A stretch of DNA of 64,000 nt, taken from IMG/VR virus record IMGVR_UViG_3300037467_001267, positions 1-64,000 of that record; one strand, 5' to 3'. The notes below the pieces were generated by a model that did not search any database, was not told the origin of the DNA, and worked only from the letters and a program-made list of their open reading frames with translations. This stretch comes from a virus. Lineage: Duplodnaviria; Caudoviricetes. This document shows, piece after piece, positions 42,715 through 51,961 of this stretch. Within the stretch, counting starts at the first letter, position 1, and every line of letters begins with the position of its first letter. The translations under genes and the position numbers were made by a program.

Positions 42715-45284
42715 TTGCCCTCGTTCCCCTGTTCTCCTGGCTCGGCTCGTCCGTGGGCGGGGCGTTGTTCGGCGGCACGGCCGCTACGGCTACCGCCGCG
42801 GCAACGGGCGGGTTCGCCATCGGTTCCGCCGTCGGCACGGCCGTGGGCGTGGCGGCGGGTGCGTACATCGACAGCACGTACCTCTACCCGATGCTGATGC
42901 CGTCCCAGGACCAGAAGGGCCCACGCCTGGACGACCTGCCGATGCAGACGGCCAGCGAGGGCTCGGGCATGCACTACTGCCTGGGGGCGGAGAGCCGCGT
43001 GGCCGGCACGCTGATCTGGCTGTCGCCCCTGATCGAAGTCAAGCGGGAAGATCCAGTCGAGGGCGGCAAGGGCGGCGGCGGTGGTGCGAAGCAGACCACG
43101 TACGACTACTACCTGGACATCGCCATCGGCGTGTGCGAAGGGCCTGTCGACGGCATCACCAAGATCTGGGCGGACAGCAAACTCATCTACGACGAGGACG
43201 GCTCGCTGCACGTCGGCGGCACGGCGACGGGCTACTCCCTGACGAGCTTCCAGCCGTTCGGCGACACTGCCCTCAACATCGGCGGAGGCACCGGCACGTT
43301 CCTCAAGGGCGACTACGTCAAGATCCCCGGCCATGACTTGTACAAGGTCGCGGAAGACTACCCGGGCGGCGACGGGACGCTCATGATCGAGAATCCGGGG
43401 TTGGAGGACGAGGCCCACACCGGCGACTCGGTCACCCGCATCTCGCCCACGGGCGGGAACGGCATCTGGGACAACCGCATCAAGTTGGTCCGCATCTACA
43501 ACGGTGCCGACAACACACCCGACAGCATCATCGAATCGTACATGGGTGCCGGGAACGTGCCGGCGTTCAAGGACACCGTGGTGGTCGTCATTAAGGCCAT
43601 GTTGCTCCGTGACTGGGGCAACCGATGCCCGCAGTTCAGCTTCCTGGTCCGGGCACAAACCCACGAGTCCGCGGCGGCGGGAATCTCGAACCTCCTGGAG
43701 CGTGCCGGCGTGGCGTTCTCGCGGGGAGAGTATAACGTCGATGCCGTGCCCAAGTCCGTCCGCGGCTACTCACTGACGGGCCCCACGGAGACCGTCAAGG
43801 CCATCGAGCCCATCCTCCAGGCGTACGACATTCTGGTCCAGGAGAGCAACAGCTCCCTCCGATTCTTCGCCCGTGGTGCCGAGACCAAGATCGAAGTGTT
43901 CGCTGATGATCTGGCCGCTGCCGAAGGCGACGGCACCGCGTCCCGCCCGTTCCGGCTGAGCGATCCGTCCGGCTTCGACCTGCCGCGGGAAGTGAACGTC
44001 AGCTACAACGACCCCACCATCGACTGGCAGCGGGGCTCCCAGCGAATCGTCCGCAACGACGCCAACACGACGCAAGTCCTCACCATCGACGTGCCCATGA
44101 CCCTCCATCCCAGCGACGCCGCCAACCTGGCCGCGTCGCGGTTGTGGCGGGGGTACGCCGAGCGGATGCAGATGGAGCTCACGCTCCCGCCCCGCTACTT
44201 CCATGCGCAAGAGAACGACATCCTCACCATCCCGTACGATGGTAACGTCTACTCCATGCGGATCCAGGAGATCAACGAGGGCGTCAACCACCTGCTCGAA
44301 GTCAAGGGCCTGCTGGTCGGCGTGGAGGACATCGACGAGTCGGTGGAGTGCGGTGCCCGCCTCAACGAGTCACCCCCGCCCGCGTTCAGTGCCCCGGTCG
44401 AGGTCATGATCCAGGACGCACCCGCCCTGGCGGCGGAACATGCCGACGAGACGGGGGTGTACATCACCGCCGCGAGCAACTCGGCCATCTCCAACTTCGC
44501 CGGGGCGGCGGTGTACGCCAGCACCGACGGCACGAACTTCTCCCAGGTCACCGACATCCAGGCCCCGGCATCGACCGGGTACGCGGCCACCATCCTGCCT
44601 ACGTCACAGCCCGGCGTCTGGGACACCGAATCGTCGCTGGAGATCGAGATGATCGAGGGCGACCTGCAGAGCGTGACGGACGAGCGGGTGTATAATGGCG
44701 CCAACCGGATGTGGGTGGGCAAGGAACTGGTGGCCTACCGAGACGCCACGCTGATCGGCCCGCGTCGGTACAAGTTGACGAACTTCCTGCGGGGACTCCG
44801 GAGCACGCCCACCGACGGCCACGACATGGCCGAGCTTTGCGTCGTGGTGTCGCCGAACACGCACCAGTTCCTCCCACTCAACCGGAGCGGCACGCACCAC
44901 TTCAAGGTCGTCCAGCTCGGGGAGACCCTGGAGGACGTCAGCACCCAAACTGTCGAAGTCGCTGGTGGGCCGGCACGGCAACTCGCCCCGATCGTCCATA
45001 CCGCCTACCGCGACACCGACGGTGCCCTGACCGTCGAATGGTTCCGCCGCACCCGCTATCCGGTGCCGGTATGGTCCGCGTACAAACCCCTCGGCAGCGA
45101 GGTGGAGGTGTACGAGGTGGACTTCGGTGGGCTGCGCACCAAACAAGTTTCTTCCCCGTCCGTCACGTACAGTGCGGCGGAGCAAACCGAAGATGGACTC
45201 ACGCCGGGCGACCCCGTCGTGGTGACCATTTACCAACTCAGTGAGCGGGTGGGCCGTGGCTACCCCGCACAGGAGACGTTATGA
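42705..45284 (+). CDS. Central tail-tip / host-specificity protein (GTA-like Phage-tail_3)
   Basis: GPRLDDL..ASEG, RVAGTLIW, CEGPVDGITKIWAD, PAFK, GNRCPQFSF, NFLRGLR. Confidence 0.88.
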   Translation: MAVVALVPLFSWLGSSVGGALFGGTAATATAAATGGFAIGSAVGTAVGVAAGAYIDSTYLYPMLMPSQDQKGPRLDDLPMQTASEGSGMHYCLGAESRVAGTLIWLSPLIEVKREDPVEGGKGGGGGAKQTTYDYYLDIAIGVCEGPVDGITKIWADSKLIYDEDGSLHVGGTATGYSLTSFQPFGDTALNIGGGTGTFLKGDYVKIPGHDLYKVAEDYPGGDGTLMIENPGLEDEAHTGDSVTRISPTGGNGIWDNRIKLVRIYNGADNTPDSIIESYMGAGNVPAFKDTVVVVIKAMLLRDWGNRCPQFSFLVRAQTHESAAAGISNLLERAGVAFSRGEYNVDAVPKSVRGYSLTGPTETVKAIEPILQAYDILVQESNSSLRFFARGAETKIEVFADDLAAAEGDGTASRPFRLSDPSGFDLPREVNVSYNDPTIDWQRGSQRIVRNDANTTQVLTIDVPMTLHPSDAANLAASRLWRGYAERMQMELTLPPRYFHAQENDILTIPYDGNVYSMRIQEINEGVNHLLEVKGLLVGVEDIDESVECGARLNESPPPAFSAPVEVMIQDAPALAAEHADETGVYITAASNSAISNFAGAAVYASTDGTNFSQVTDIQAPASTGYAATILPTSQPGVWDTESSLEIEMIEGDLQSVTDERVYNGANRMWVGKELVAYRDATLIGPRRYKLTNFLRGLRSTPTDGHDMAELCVVVSPNTHQFLPLNRSGTHHFKVVQLGETLEDVSTQTVEVAGGPARQLAPIVHTAYRDTDGALTVEWFRRTRYPVPVWSAYKPLGSEVEVYEVDFGGLRTKQVSSPSVTYSAAEQTEDGLTPGDPVVVTIYQLSERVGRGYPAQETL

Positions 45285-45742
45285 TTCAGACCACTCCCCG
45301 ACATGCCTTGCCTCTCGTTGACGGCAACCAGGCGTCCCAGGAAGTCCCGCACAACACGTCCATCGTGGGCCTGGACCAGCTGACGAACCTCGCCGTGTCC
45401 TCGGTCAAGACGCTGTCGAACACGCCGCCCGGTGCTCCGGCGAACGGCGATGCGCACATCGTCGGAGGCACGCCCACTGGCGCATGGGCCGGCAACGCCG
45501 ACAACGTGGCGTACTATTACTCTGGCTGGAAGTTCTTCACGCCCGTCGAGGGCATGAAGGTCTGGGCCAAGGACGAAGACGTGATCTACATCTACGACGG
45601 CACGGCATGGAACGCAGCGAGCGTCGTGCCGAAGTACACCACCGCCGGTCTGCCTGCGCACAAGCAAGGCCTGATCGTCTTCGACACGACCAGCGGGCAG
45701 TTCAAAGGATCAACCGGCACGGCGTGGGTGGTCCTGGGGTAA
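45281..45742 (+). CDS. DUF2793 tail fibre-associated protein
   Basis: TPRHALPLV..QASQEVPHN, PPGAPANGDAHIV..PTGAWAG..GWKFFTPVEG. Confidence 0.88.
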   Translation: MIQTTPRHALPLVDGNQASQEVPHNTSIVGLDQLTNLAVSSVKTLSNTPPGAPANGDAHIVGGTPTGAWAGNADNVAYYYSGWKFFTPVEGMKVWAKDEDVIYIYDGTAWNAASVVPKYTTAGLPAHKQGLIVFDTTSGQFKGSTGTAWVVLG

Positions 45743-45813
45743 GTAAAGGGGCTTTATGGGAATCCGTCCTCCTCGGGCACCGCTTCTACCTTCGTATACT
45801 ATCTCACTACTCT

Positions 45814-45930
45814 ATACACATATATAGCAAAACCATATATCTTATCTTATCTCTTATAGGGTAGGGAGTTAGATGAGGGCGGGCGGAGGGTCGGTGCTGC
45901 ATGGGCCTCGATTCCCGTAAAGGGTCTTTA
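45814..45930. repeat. Second copy of the composite junction element
   Basis: AT box inverted and GC box direct relative to 12282-12406. Confidence 0.75.
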
Positions 45931-45983
45931 GTCGCCACGATTCCTGCTCGCTGGTGGGTTTCCCACGGGCAGGCGTGGTGGAA

Positions 45984-46022
45984 AATTTTCTGGTTTACTT
46001 TTGGTGGAGGGTCGCTTAGGAT
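45984..46022 (+). promoter_or_regulatory. Sigma70-like early promoter
   Basis: AATTTTCTGG-TTTACT-N17-TAGGAT upstream of the ATAGGAGATAG RBS. Confidence 0.62.
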
Positions 46023-46062
46023 TCGGTCAGTCAGATTTGGACGCCGATAGGAGATAGTAATC

Positions 46063-47226
46063 ATGTCTACCGTGAACCAGTACCTCGCTAAGCTGTTCCT
46101 GAAGAACGAAGCCATCGAGAAGCACTTCACCGACGCCCAGATCTGCGAGATGATGGCTCAGCGGTTCCCGGGCACGGCCGCGAGCCGCCCCGAGAAGATT
46201 CGCTATCGCCGCCAGCAGTTCAACGAGAACATGGGCCAGTTCGAAGGGATGAACCCGGACAAGGTCGTGTCCTACGAGTACGATGCCGACGGCAACCAGG
46301 TCCAGCCGGTCAAGACCGTCACGAAGCGGGTGGTGGTCGAGGGCGGAGTTACCGCCGACCAGGTCAAGGAAATTGTGGACGAAGCCATCGCCCAGCAGGC
46401 CGCGAAGGAGAAGCCTGCGATCACGATCACCGTGCCGAGCCGCAACCACTCGATCACGATGCCGAGCGACGACGTTCACGAGAAGTTCCAGAAGGCACTG
46501 ATCAAGCTCAAGGCGGGCGTGCCGGTGCTCCTGGTTGGACCTGCTGGCTCGGGCAAGACGACTCTCGCTAAGCAACTCGCTGCCGCCCTGGGGCTCCAGT
46601 TCACGTTTAACTCGATGTCGCTGGGCACCAAAGAGACGGACATCCTGGGCCGCACGCTCCCTGACGAGAAGGGCAACTGGATCTATCGCCCCAGCCCGTT
46701 CGTTAACACGTACCAGAACGGTGGGCTCCACCTGTTTGACGAAATCGACGCCAGCGACCCGAACCTGCTGGTGAGCATTAACGCCGCCATCGCGAATAAG
46801 CTCCTGAGCATTCCCTTCCGTGACGACCCCACGCCCATCGCGATGCACGAGGATACTCTGATCATCGCTGCGGCGAATACGTACGGGAATGGGGCCAACC
46901 GGATGTACGTCGGTCGCAACCAACTCGATGCGGCGACCCTGAATCGGTTCACCATGGGGACGATCACGATCGACTACGATCGCAAGTTGGAAGCTCGTCT
47001 GACTCCCTCCCGCCTCGGTGGGAACACCGCGATGGCGGAGGTTCTGCTGAACTGGGCCTGGACGACGAGGGAGCGTATCGACCGCAACGCCCTCAAGCGG
47101 ATCATGAGCACCCGGAACATCCTCGATGCCGCCGACTGCCTCCATGCGGGCGAGACGATGGACGAGATCAAGACGACGTATTTTGAGGGCTGGTCGCAGG
47201 ACGAACTGCGGGCGGTCGCTGCCTAA
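46063..47226 (+). CDS. MoxR/CbbQ-like AAA+ ATPase
   Basis: LLVGPAGSGKT, LFDEIDAS, IIAAANTYG..YVGRNQLDAATLNRF. Confidence 0.9.
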   Translation: MSTVNQYLAKLFLKNEAIEKHFTDAQICEMMAQRFPGTAASRPEKIRYRRQQFNENMGQFEGMNPDKVVSYEYDADGNQVQPVKTVTKRVVVEGGVTADQVKEIVDEAIAQQAAKEKPAITITVPSRNHSITMPSDDVHEKFQKALIKLKAGVPVLLVGPAGSGKTTLAKQLAAALGLQFTFNSMSLGTKETDILGRTLPDEKGNWIYRPSPFVNTYQNGGLHLFDEIDASDPNLLVSINAAIANKLLSIPFRDDPTPIAMHEDTLIIAAANTYGNGANRMYVGRNQLDAATLNRFTMGTITIDYDRKLEARLTPSRLGGNTAMAEVLLNWAWTTRERIDRNALKRIMSTRNILDAADCLHAGETMDEIKTTYFEGWSQDELRAVAA

Positions 47227-47227
47227 G

Positions 47228-47274
47228 AATTTTCTGGTAGACTCCCGGGAGTGGTTCGGCTATACTCCCGGGAG
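47228..47274 (+). promoter_or_regulatory. Sigma70-like promoter overlapped by two palindromic operator-like sites
   Basis: AATTTTCTGG-TAGACT-N17-TATACT; ACTCCCGGGAGT at 47241-52 and ACTCCCGGGAG at 47264-74. Confidence 0.65.
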
Positions 47275-47287
47275 ATAGGAGATAGGA

Positions 47288-48115
47288 ATGAAACTGCCCC
47301 CGATCAAAACCGATGGACGCATCCGCCGACACGAGTATACGGGCGTGGGCCATGCCGTAGACATCGCGGTGTCCGGCGACAGCCGTACGGAAGCAGGTCG
47401 AAAGATCGGCGACAAGCTCTCCACGATGAGCACGAGCTGGACTGGTTACAAGTCGGCTCGCGATAACCGCGAAGCGGACATCGAAACGCTTGCGACGATC
47501 CGGCAGATCCGCGACCGCATCGAGCGGCAGCTGGACCTGCCCCAGCAGACCGTTCGCCGTCGCCGGCATGGTCTCGACTCGGGTGCGGAGCTTGATCCGA
47601 TCGCCTGGGTCCAACGTGACCCGTACGGCTGGACGGATACGCTCCGCGAACCGCAGACCAAGCGTGTGATCCGCATCGGAGTGAATCTGGTCCTCTCCTC
47701 GTTCATGGGGCAAAGCTACGTGCTCTATCGCGGGGCGTGCGCCGTGGCTCTGGCGGATATTCTTTCCTCGCAGGGTATCGACGTGGAGTTGGTCGCCTTT
47801 AAAGCATCGAGCGATGCGGACGGCGCAGGTCAGACCGATGTGCAGAGCGTCGTGGTTAAGGCGAGCGATCAGCCGTTAAACCTCGCTGCCTGTGCGACGT
47901 GTTTCTGCTCGCTGAGTTTCGTCCGAACCGTGCTTCTGGCCGGCCAAGCTCGTATGTGCCCGCTGCCTCCCCATTCCTCGATGGGCTCGCCCACGAATTT
48001 GCCGGAGGAGGATCGTAAAGGTTTCGACGTTATCATCGACCAAGACGTACAAACGTACGATGGGGCCGTCACCCGCGTCTTAGAAGAGGTTAGGAAGGCT
48101 TCCGGGCGGGCGTAG
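47288..48115 (+). CDS. VWA-like partner of the MoxR ATPase
   Basis: GAELDP, RVIRIGVNL..S, YRGACAVALADIL..GIDVEL; directly downstream of the AAA+ gene. Confidence 0.7.
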   Translation: MKLPPIKTDGRIRRHEYTGVGHAVDIAVSGDSRTEAGRKIGDKLSTMSTSWTGYKSARDNREADIETLATIRQIRDRIERQLDLPQQTVRRRRHGLDSGAELDPIAWVQRDPYGWTDTLREPQTKRVIRIGVNLVLSSFMGQSYVLYRGACAVALADILSSQGIDVELVAFKASSDADGAGQTDVQSVVVKASDQPLNLAACATCFCSLSFVRTVLLAGQARMCPLPPHSSMGSPTNLPEEDRKGFDVIIDQDVQTYDGAVTRVLEEVRKASGRA

Positions 48116-48190
48116 GCTACCCGGATATACCCTAGACCCCGATCGGGTCTAGAACCAAGCAGGAACCACCCTAGCATAGAGGATAGTCCG

Positions 48191-48856
48191 ATGGTTATTA
48201 CCCTCCCCGATACCCCGAACGAACTTATTAAGGCTATCGCCGCGATGTCCGCCAGCGAGCTACAGGAGCAGTACGGCATCTGGGAGCAGCACGCGGCGGA
48301 GTACGAAGTGTTTGAAGAGCAGGCGAAGCTGATCTGGGCCAAAGAGGTTCTGCGGGTACTCGACCAACGCATCGCGGAGCTTTCCGGTGAACATGACGCG
48401 CAGCCCGTCCGGGTGCGCCACTTCTCGATCACGACCAAGGGCGGCAGCGAGACGTTCGCCAGCTCGCTGACCGACGACGAAGCACGAAAGATTTGCCAGA
48501 ACCACGTCAGCGAGTTCGCCCGCAAGCTCGGGTTTACCCGCAAGCCGACCGACGCCCAGTGGGCGTGGATCCATAAGCTCGCGAACGAGAAACCCAGCCA
48601 GAGCGAATGGGAGGGCACCGTGGGTGGGAAATGGCAGGGCAACGCCCGAGTCGTCGCCATGCTGCCTCGTGACGGGGCTCGCGGGCCGCAGACTATCGTG
48701 AGGCTCCTCGTGGGCCATAACGAGTTCACGTGGTTCGCGACCGGGACGCCCGACATGGCGGTGGGTGACGTGGTGCGAATCGACGCCACGGTGAAGGCCC
48801 ACGAGACGTTCCGCGGCATTAAGCAGACCATCCTGACGCGGGTGAAGAAAATTTAG
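48191..48856 (+). CDS. Hypothetical protein with C-terminal OB-fold-like domain
   Basis: GDVVRIDATVKAHETFRGIKQTILTRVK. Confidence 0.65.
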   Translation: MVITLPDTPNELIKAIAAMSASELQEQYGIWEQHAAEYEVFEEQAKLIWAKEVLRVLDQRIAELSGEHDAQPVRVRHFSITTKGGSETFASSLTDDEARKICQNHVSEFARKLGFTRKPTDAQWAWIHKLANEKPSQSEWEGTVGGKWQGNARVVAMLPRDGARGPQTIVRLLVGHNEFTWFATGTPDMAVGDVVRIDATVKAHETFRGIKQTILTRVKKI

Positions 48857-48863
48857 TTGGGTC

Positions 48864-48892
48864 TAGCTTTAATTACCCCGATAGAGTATAAT
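48864..48892 (+). promoter_or_regulatory. Sigma70-like promoter
   Basis: TAGCTT-N17-TATAAT upstream of the SNF2 gene. Confidence 0.5.
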
Positions 48893-48912
48893 ATACACCG
48901 GAGCATATAGGA

Positions 48913-51039
48913 ATGATCACGGCCATCGAAAACGTCGTTCAGCCGCTCTGCGAAGCAACGGCGGGCATGTTCGAACCCCTCCACCCGTACGAATGGGACT
49001 GGTTGGAGATCGGCGTGACCGACGACGTGGACAAGTTCCTCGTCAGGGGCCGCACGTACACGAAGGTCAAGGCGGAGGGGTGTAAGTGGTGCGACCTGCC
49101 CCAGTCCGAGCACTGGTCGGGCGGGCACAAGTTCCAGCCCGTCGAGGTAGCTTTCGTCCAGGACGGGGAGAGCTACGGGGAGTCGGGCATGGCCCCCAGC
49201 GGGGCCTTCAACAAGCTCCTGGAGCGCATCCCCGAGAAGCGGCTCCACTCCAAGCACGACAACGAGTGGTCGTGCGCCACGACCGACTTCACCGCCCTCC
49301 TGATCAAGTCGCTGTGGCCCGCCGACCGCATCCGCTGGCGCAGCGAGAACGCCCACCTGATGTTCTCCTACCTGACGGCACGGTTCTCGTCCCAGGCGGC
49401 GGCGGCTAAGATCGCCGCGGAGTACAAGGTCAACAAGACCGTGCCGGCCCTGCCGGCGGACTTCATCGAGCACCCGGACTACCCCCTGTTGGGCTTCCAG
49501 CGAGTCCCCACGGCGATGTTCGCGTTCCGCGAGTCGGCAGCACTGTTCATGGAGCAGGGGTGCGGCAAGACCCCGACCACGATCGCCCGCATCATGCTCG
49601 AAGCCCAGCGGAAGTTCCGGGGCCAGACCAAGGGTGTGTCGGCCGGGATGTACCGCGTCCTGATCGTCTGCCCCAACCAGGTTCGCTACAACTGGCAGAT
49701 GGAGTTCGAAAAGTTCGCGACCCTCCCCGGGAAGGTGACGGTGCTCCGCGGCGGGCAGCTAGCACGCGGCAAAAAGCTCATCGACGCAGTCAGGGCGGAG
49801 CCGGACTGCTGCTGGTCGGCCGTCGTCATCGGGTACGACACCGTCAACTCGATGCTCGAGCATCTCAAGCTCGTCAAGTTCGACCTGGCCGTGTGCGACG
49901 AATCGCACATGATCAAGAGTGCCCGGGCTCTCCGGTCGCAGGTCATGCGGAGACTCCGCGACGAGGGGCAGATCCGCCAGCGGATGATCCTGACCGGCAC
50001 GCCGATCGCGAACACGCTCATGGACCTCTGGAACCAGTTGGAGTTCCTGGGCCCGGGGCTGTCGGGGTTCCAGGCGTTCTCCGCCTTCAAGTCGTTCCAC
50101 GGCAAGTGGGTGCGGGGCATTGGCGGCACGGTCATTGAGAAGCTGGTCGGGCTGAGGAACGTCCCGCTCATCCAGGAGCGGCTGGCCCGGCTCGCCTTCA
50201 TGATCACGAAAGAGGAGGCGGGGCTGGAGCTGCCCGACCTTCAGGAGATCCCGCTGGAGGTGGAGATGTCTCCGCAGCAGGCGGAGTATTACGTCAAGGT
50301 TCGCGACCAGCTCGCCATCGAGATCCAGAACGACAAGGACGAGGCCGAGCGGGCGGGCAAGAAGCTCCAGGTCAGCCACGTCCTCACGAAGCTGCTCCGC
50401 CTGTCGCAGATCACGAGCGGGTTCATCCGCTGGGACGACGTGATCGACGAAGAGGGCAACGTCGTCAAAGAGGGTTTCGTGGAACCCATCCCGGGCGAGA
50501 ATCCGAAGCTGGAAGCCCTCATCGAGAAGCTCAAGGAAGAGGATCGCGACCCGCGGGCCAAGTCGATCATCTGGTCGTGCTGGAAGAGCTCCATCGTCAT
50601 GATCGCGGAGCGGCTGGAGGAGGAGGGCATCCCGTTCGTCGAGTACTGGGGCGAAGTCTCCCAGGCCCAGCGGGAGAAGGCGGTCTGGGACTTCAACAAC
50701 AACCCGGAAGTGAAGGTGTTTCTGGGCAACCCGTCGTGTGCGGGTGCGGGGCTGAACCTGCTCGGCTACAACCCCAACGACCCGGACGCCGACGACACGT
50801 ATTGCGATTGGGAGCTGGTCTACGACCAGGGCTGGTCGGCCGTCTTGCGATCCCAGGCCCTCGCCCGAGCCCACCGCAAGGGCACCCGCTTCCCCGTCAC
50901 CGCGTACGACTTCATCGTGCCGGGTACGATCGACGAAGAGATCCGCAACCGCGTCACGAAGAAAATCGAGATGGCGAACAACATCCAGGATCTGTCGAAC
51001 CTCCTCGACACGATCCTGGGGTATAAGGTGGAGGACTGA
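48913..51039 (+). CDS. SNF2-family helicase/translocase
   Basis: MEQGCGKT, LIVCP, VCDESH, LTGTPIAN, KSIIWS, GAGLNL, QALARAHRKG. Confidence 0.92.
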   Translation: MITAIENVVQPLCEATAGMFEPLHPYEWDWLEIGVTDDVDKFLVRGRTYTKVKAEGCKWCDLPQSEHWSGGHKFQPVEVAFVQDGESYGESGMAPSGAFNKLLERIPEKRLHSKHDNEWSCATTDFTALLIKSLWPADRIRWRSENAHLMFSYLTARFSSQAAAAKIAAEYKVNKTVPALPADFIEHPDYPLLGFQRVPTAMFAFRESAALFMEQGCGKTPTTIARIMLEAQRKFRGQTKGVSAGMYRVLIVCPNQVRYNWQMEFEKFATLPGKVTVLRGGQLARGKKLIDAVRAEPDCCWSAVVIGYDTVNSMLEHLKLVKFDLAVCDESHMIKSARALRSQVMRRLRDEGQIRQRMILTGTPIANTLMDLWNQLEFLGPGLSGFQAFSAFKSFHGKWVRGIGGTVIEKLVGLRNVPLIQERLARLAFMITKEEAGLELPDLQEIPLEVEMSPQQAEYYVKVRDQLAIEIQNDKDEAERAGKKLQVSHVLTKLLRLSQITSGFIRWDDVIDEEGNVVKEGFVEPIPGENPKLEALIEKLKEEDRDPRAKSIIWSCWKSSIVMIAERLEEEGIPFVEYWGEVSQAQREKAVWDFNNNPEVKVFLGNPSCAGAGLNLLGYNPNDPDADDTYCDWELVYDQGWSAVLRSQALARAHRKGTRFPVTAYDFIVPGTIDEEIRNRVTKKIEMANNIQDLSNLLDTILGYKVED

Positions 51040-51042
51040 GCC

Positions 51043-51312
51043 ATGTGGTGGATGCTAACGGACAACGCATGGCTGATGTTCTCTCCTCCGCCGTATCTCG
51101 TCCAGCAGCGGAGACTGGAGCGTGACCGAGACTCCTACGGATATCCCAAGGGCGAGGCTCGCTGGGGCCCGTGGCGAACTGTGGTCGAGTTCTACGACAA
51201 GACGCAAGCGGAGAACGTGACGCGGGTGCTGGACGCCCGCGTGATGCTAACGAACACCCCGCCGTATCATACGGTGCGGACGGATCGGGAATATAGGATG
51301 GTGACGCGATGA
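51043..51312 (+). CDS. Hypothetical protein
   Basis: ORF with GGAGG RBS. Confidence 0.5.
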   Translation: MWWMLTDNAWLMFSPPPYLVQQRRLERDRDSYGYPKGEARWGPWRTVVEFYDKTQAENVTRVLDARVMLTNTPPYHTVRTDREYRMVTR

Positions 51313-51596
51313 ATCTACCTCATCTCCATAGGGCCACGAATATGATCGCCTACGATGTGGGAGCGACGCACCGCCAATCGGGCTGGGGTGAAGCTCGCGT
51401 GGACCAAATCCTCCTCTGCGTCGAGGGTGAGGGTTATGATCTGCTTCCGATCGAGAAGTGGCTATCCACGTTGACGGATGAGCAGCTGGAGACGGTGTGT
51501 ATCGACGAGCAGACGGAAGCAGAAGATATTCTTGCAGGGCCGAATGTTCCTGAGCTCGCTGGGGAGGTCTTGAATAGGATCTGGGAGTTAATTTAG
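51309..51596 (+). CDS. Hypothetical acidic protein
   Basis: Coupled ORF. Confidence 0.55.
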   Translation: MNLPHLHRATNMIAYDVGATHRQSGWGEARVDQILLCVEGEGYDLLPIEKWLSTLTDEQLETVCIDEQTEAEDILAGPNVPELAGEVLNRIWELI

Positions 51597-51604
51597 GAGC
51601 AACC

Positions 51605-51934
51605 ATGAATAGGAAAGTAGTAATGATCCAGGCAGACCCCCGCTACAGCACGCGGGGTCTGGAACAGTTCGGGGAGGTCACGTACCTCCTTCAATACAAG
51701 CCGTACGTGCTCGACACGCTCAACGTCCTCGACTCGATCAACCGGGCTCTCGACCTAATCAAGTTCGACCCCGAGGTGGACGTGATCGTCACCACCGGGC
51801 CGTTCGTGCTCGTGTCGATGCTTTTCTGGGTGCTGGGTCGTCGCTACACGACGATGAACGTGCTCGTGTTCGACGCCCCGCACGACTGCTACACGGAGAA
51901 GAAGTATCTGCTGACCGAGTCGGATTACAAGTAG
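51605..51934 (+). CDS. Hypothetical protein
   Basis: AGGAG RBS; alpha/beta pattern. Confidence 0.6.
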   Translation: MNRKVVMIQADPRYSTRGLEQFGEVTYLLQYKPYVLDTLNVLDSINRALDLIKFDPEVDVIVTTGPFVLVSMLFWVLGRRYTTMNVLVFDAPHDCYTEKKYLLTESDYK

Positions 51935-51961
51935 GCCCTCTGGGCCAGATAGGAGATAGTG

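Noticed and set aside
38535-45742. Gene transfer agent
   Set aside because: The GTA-like tail-tip genes are shared with many siphophages, and this genome has its own replication and nucleotide-metabolism modules
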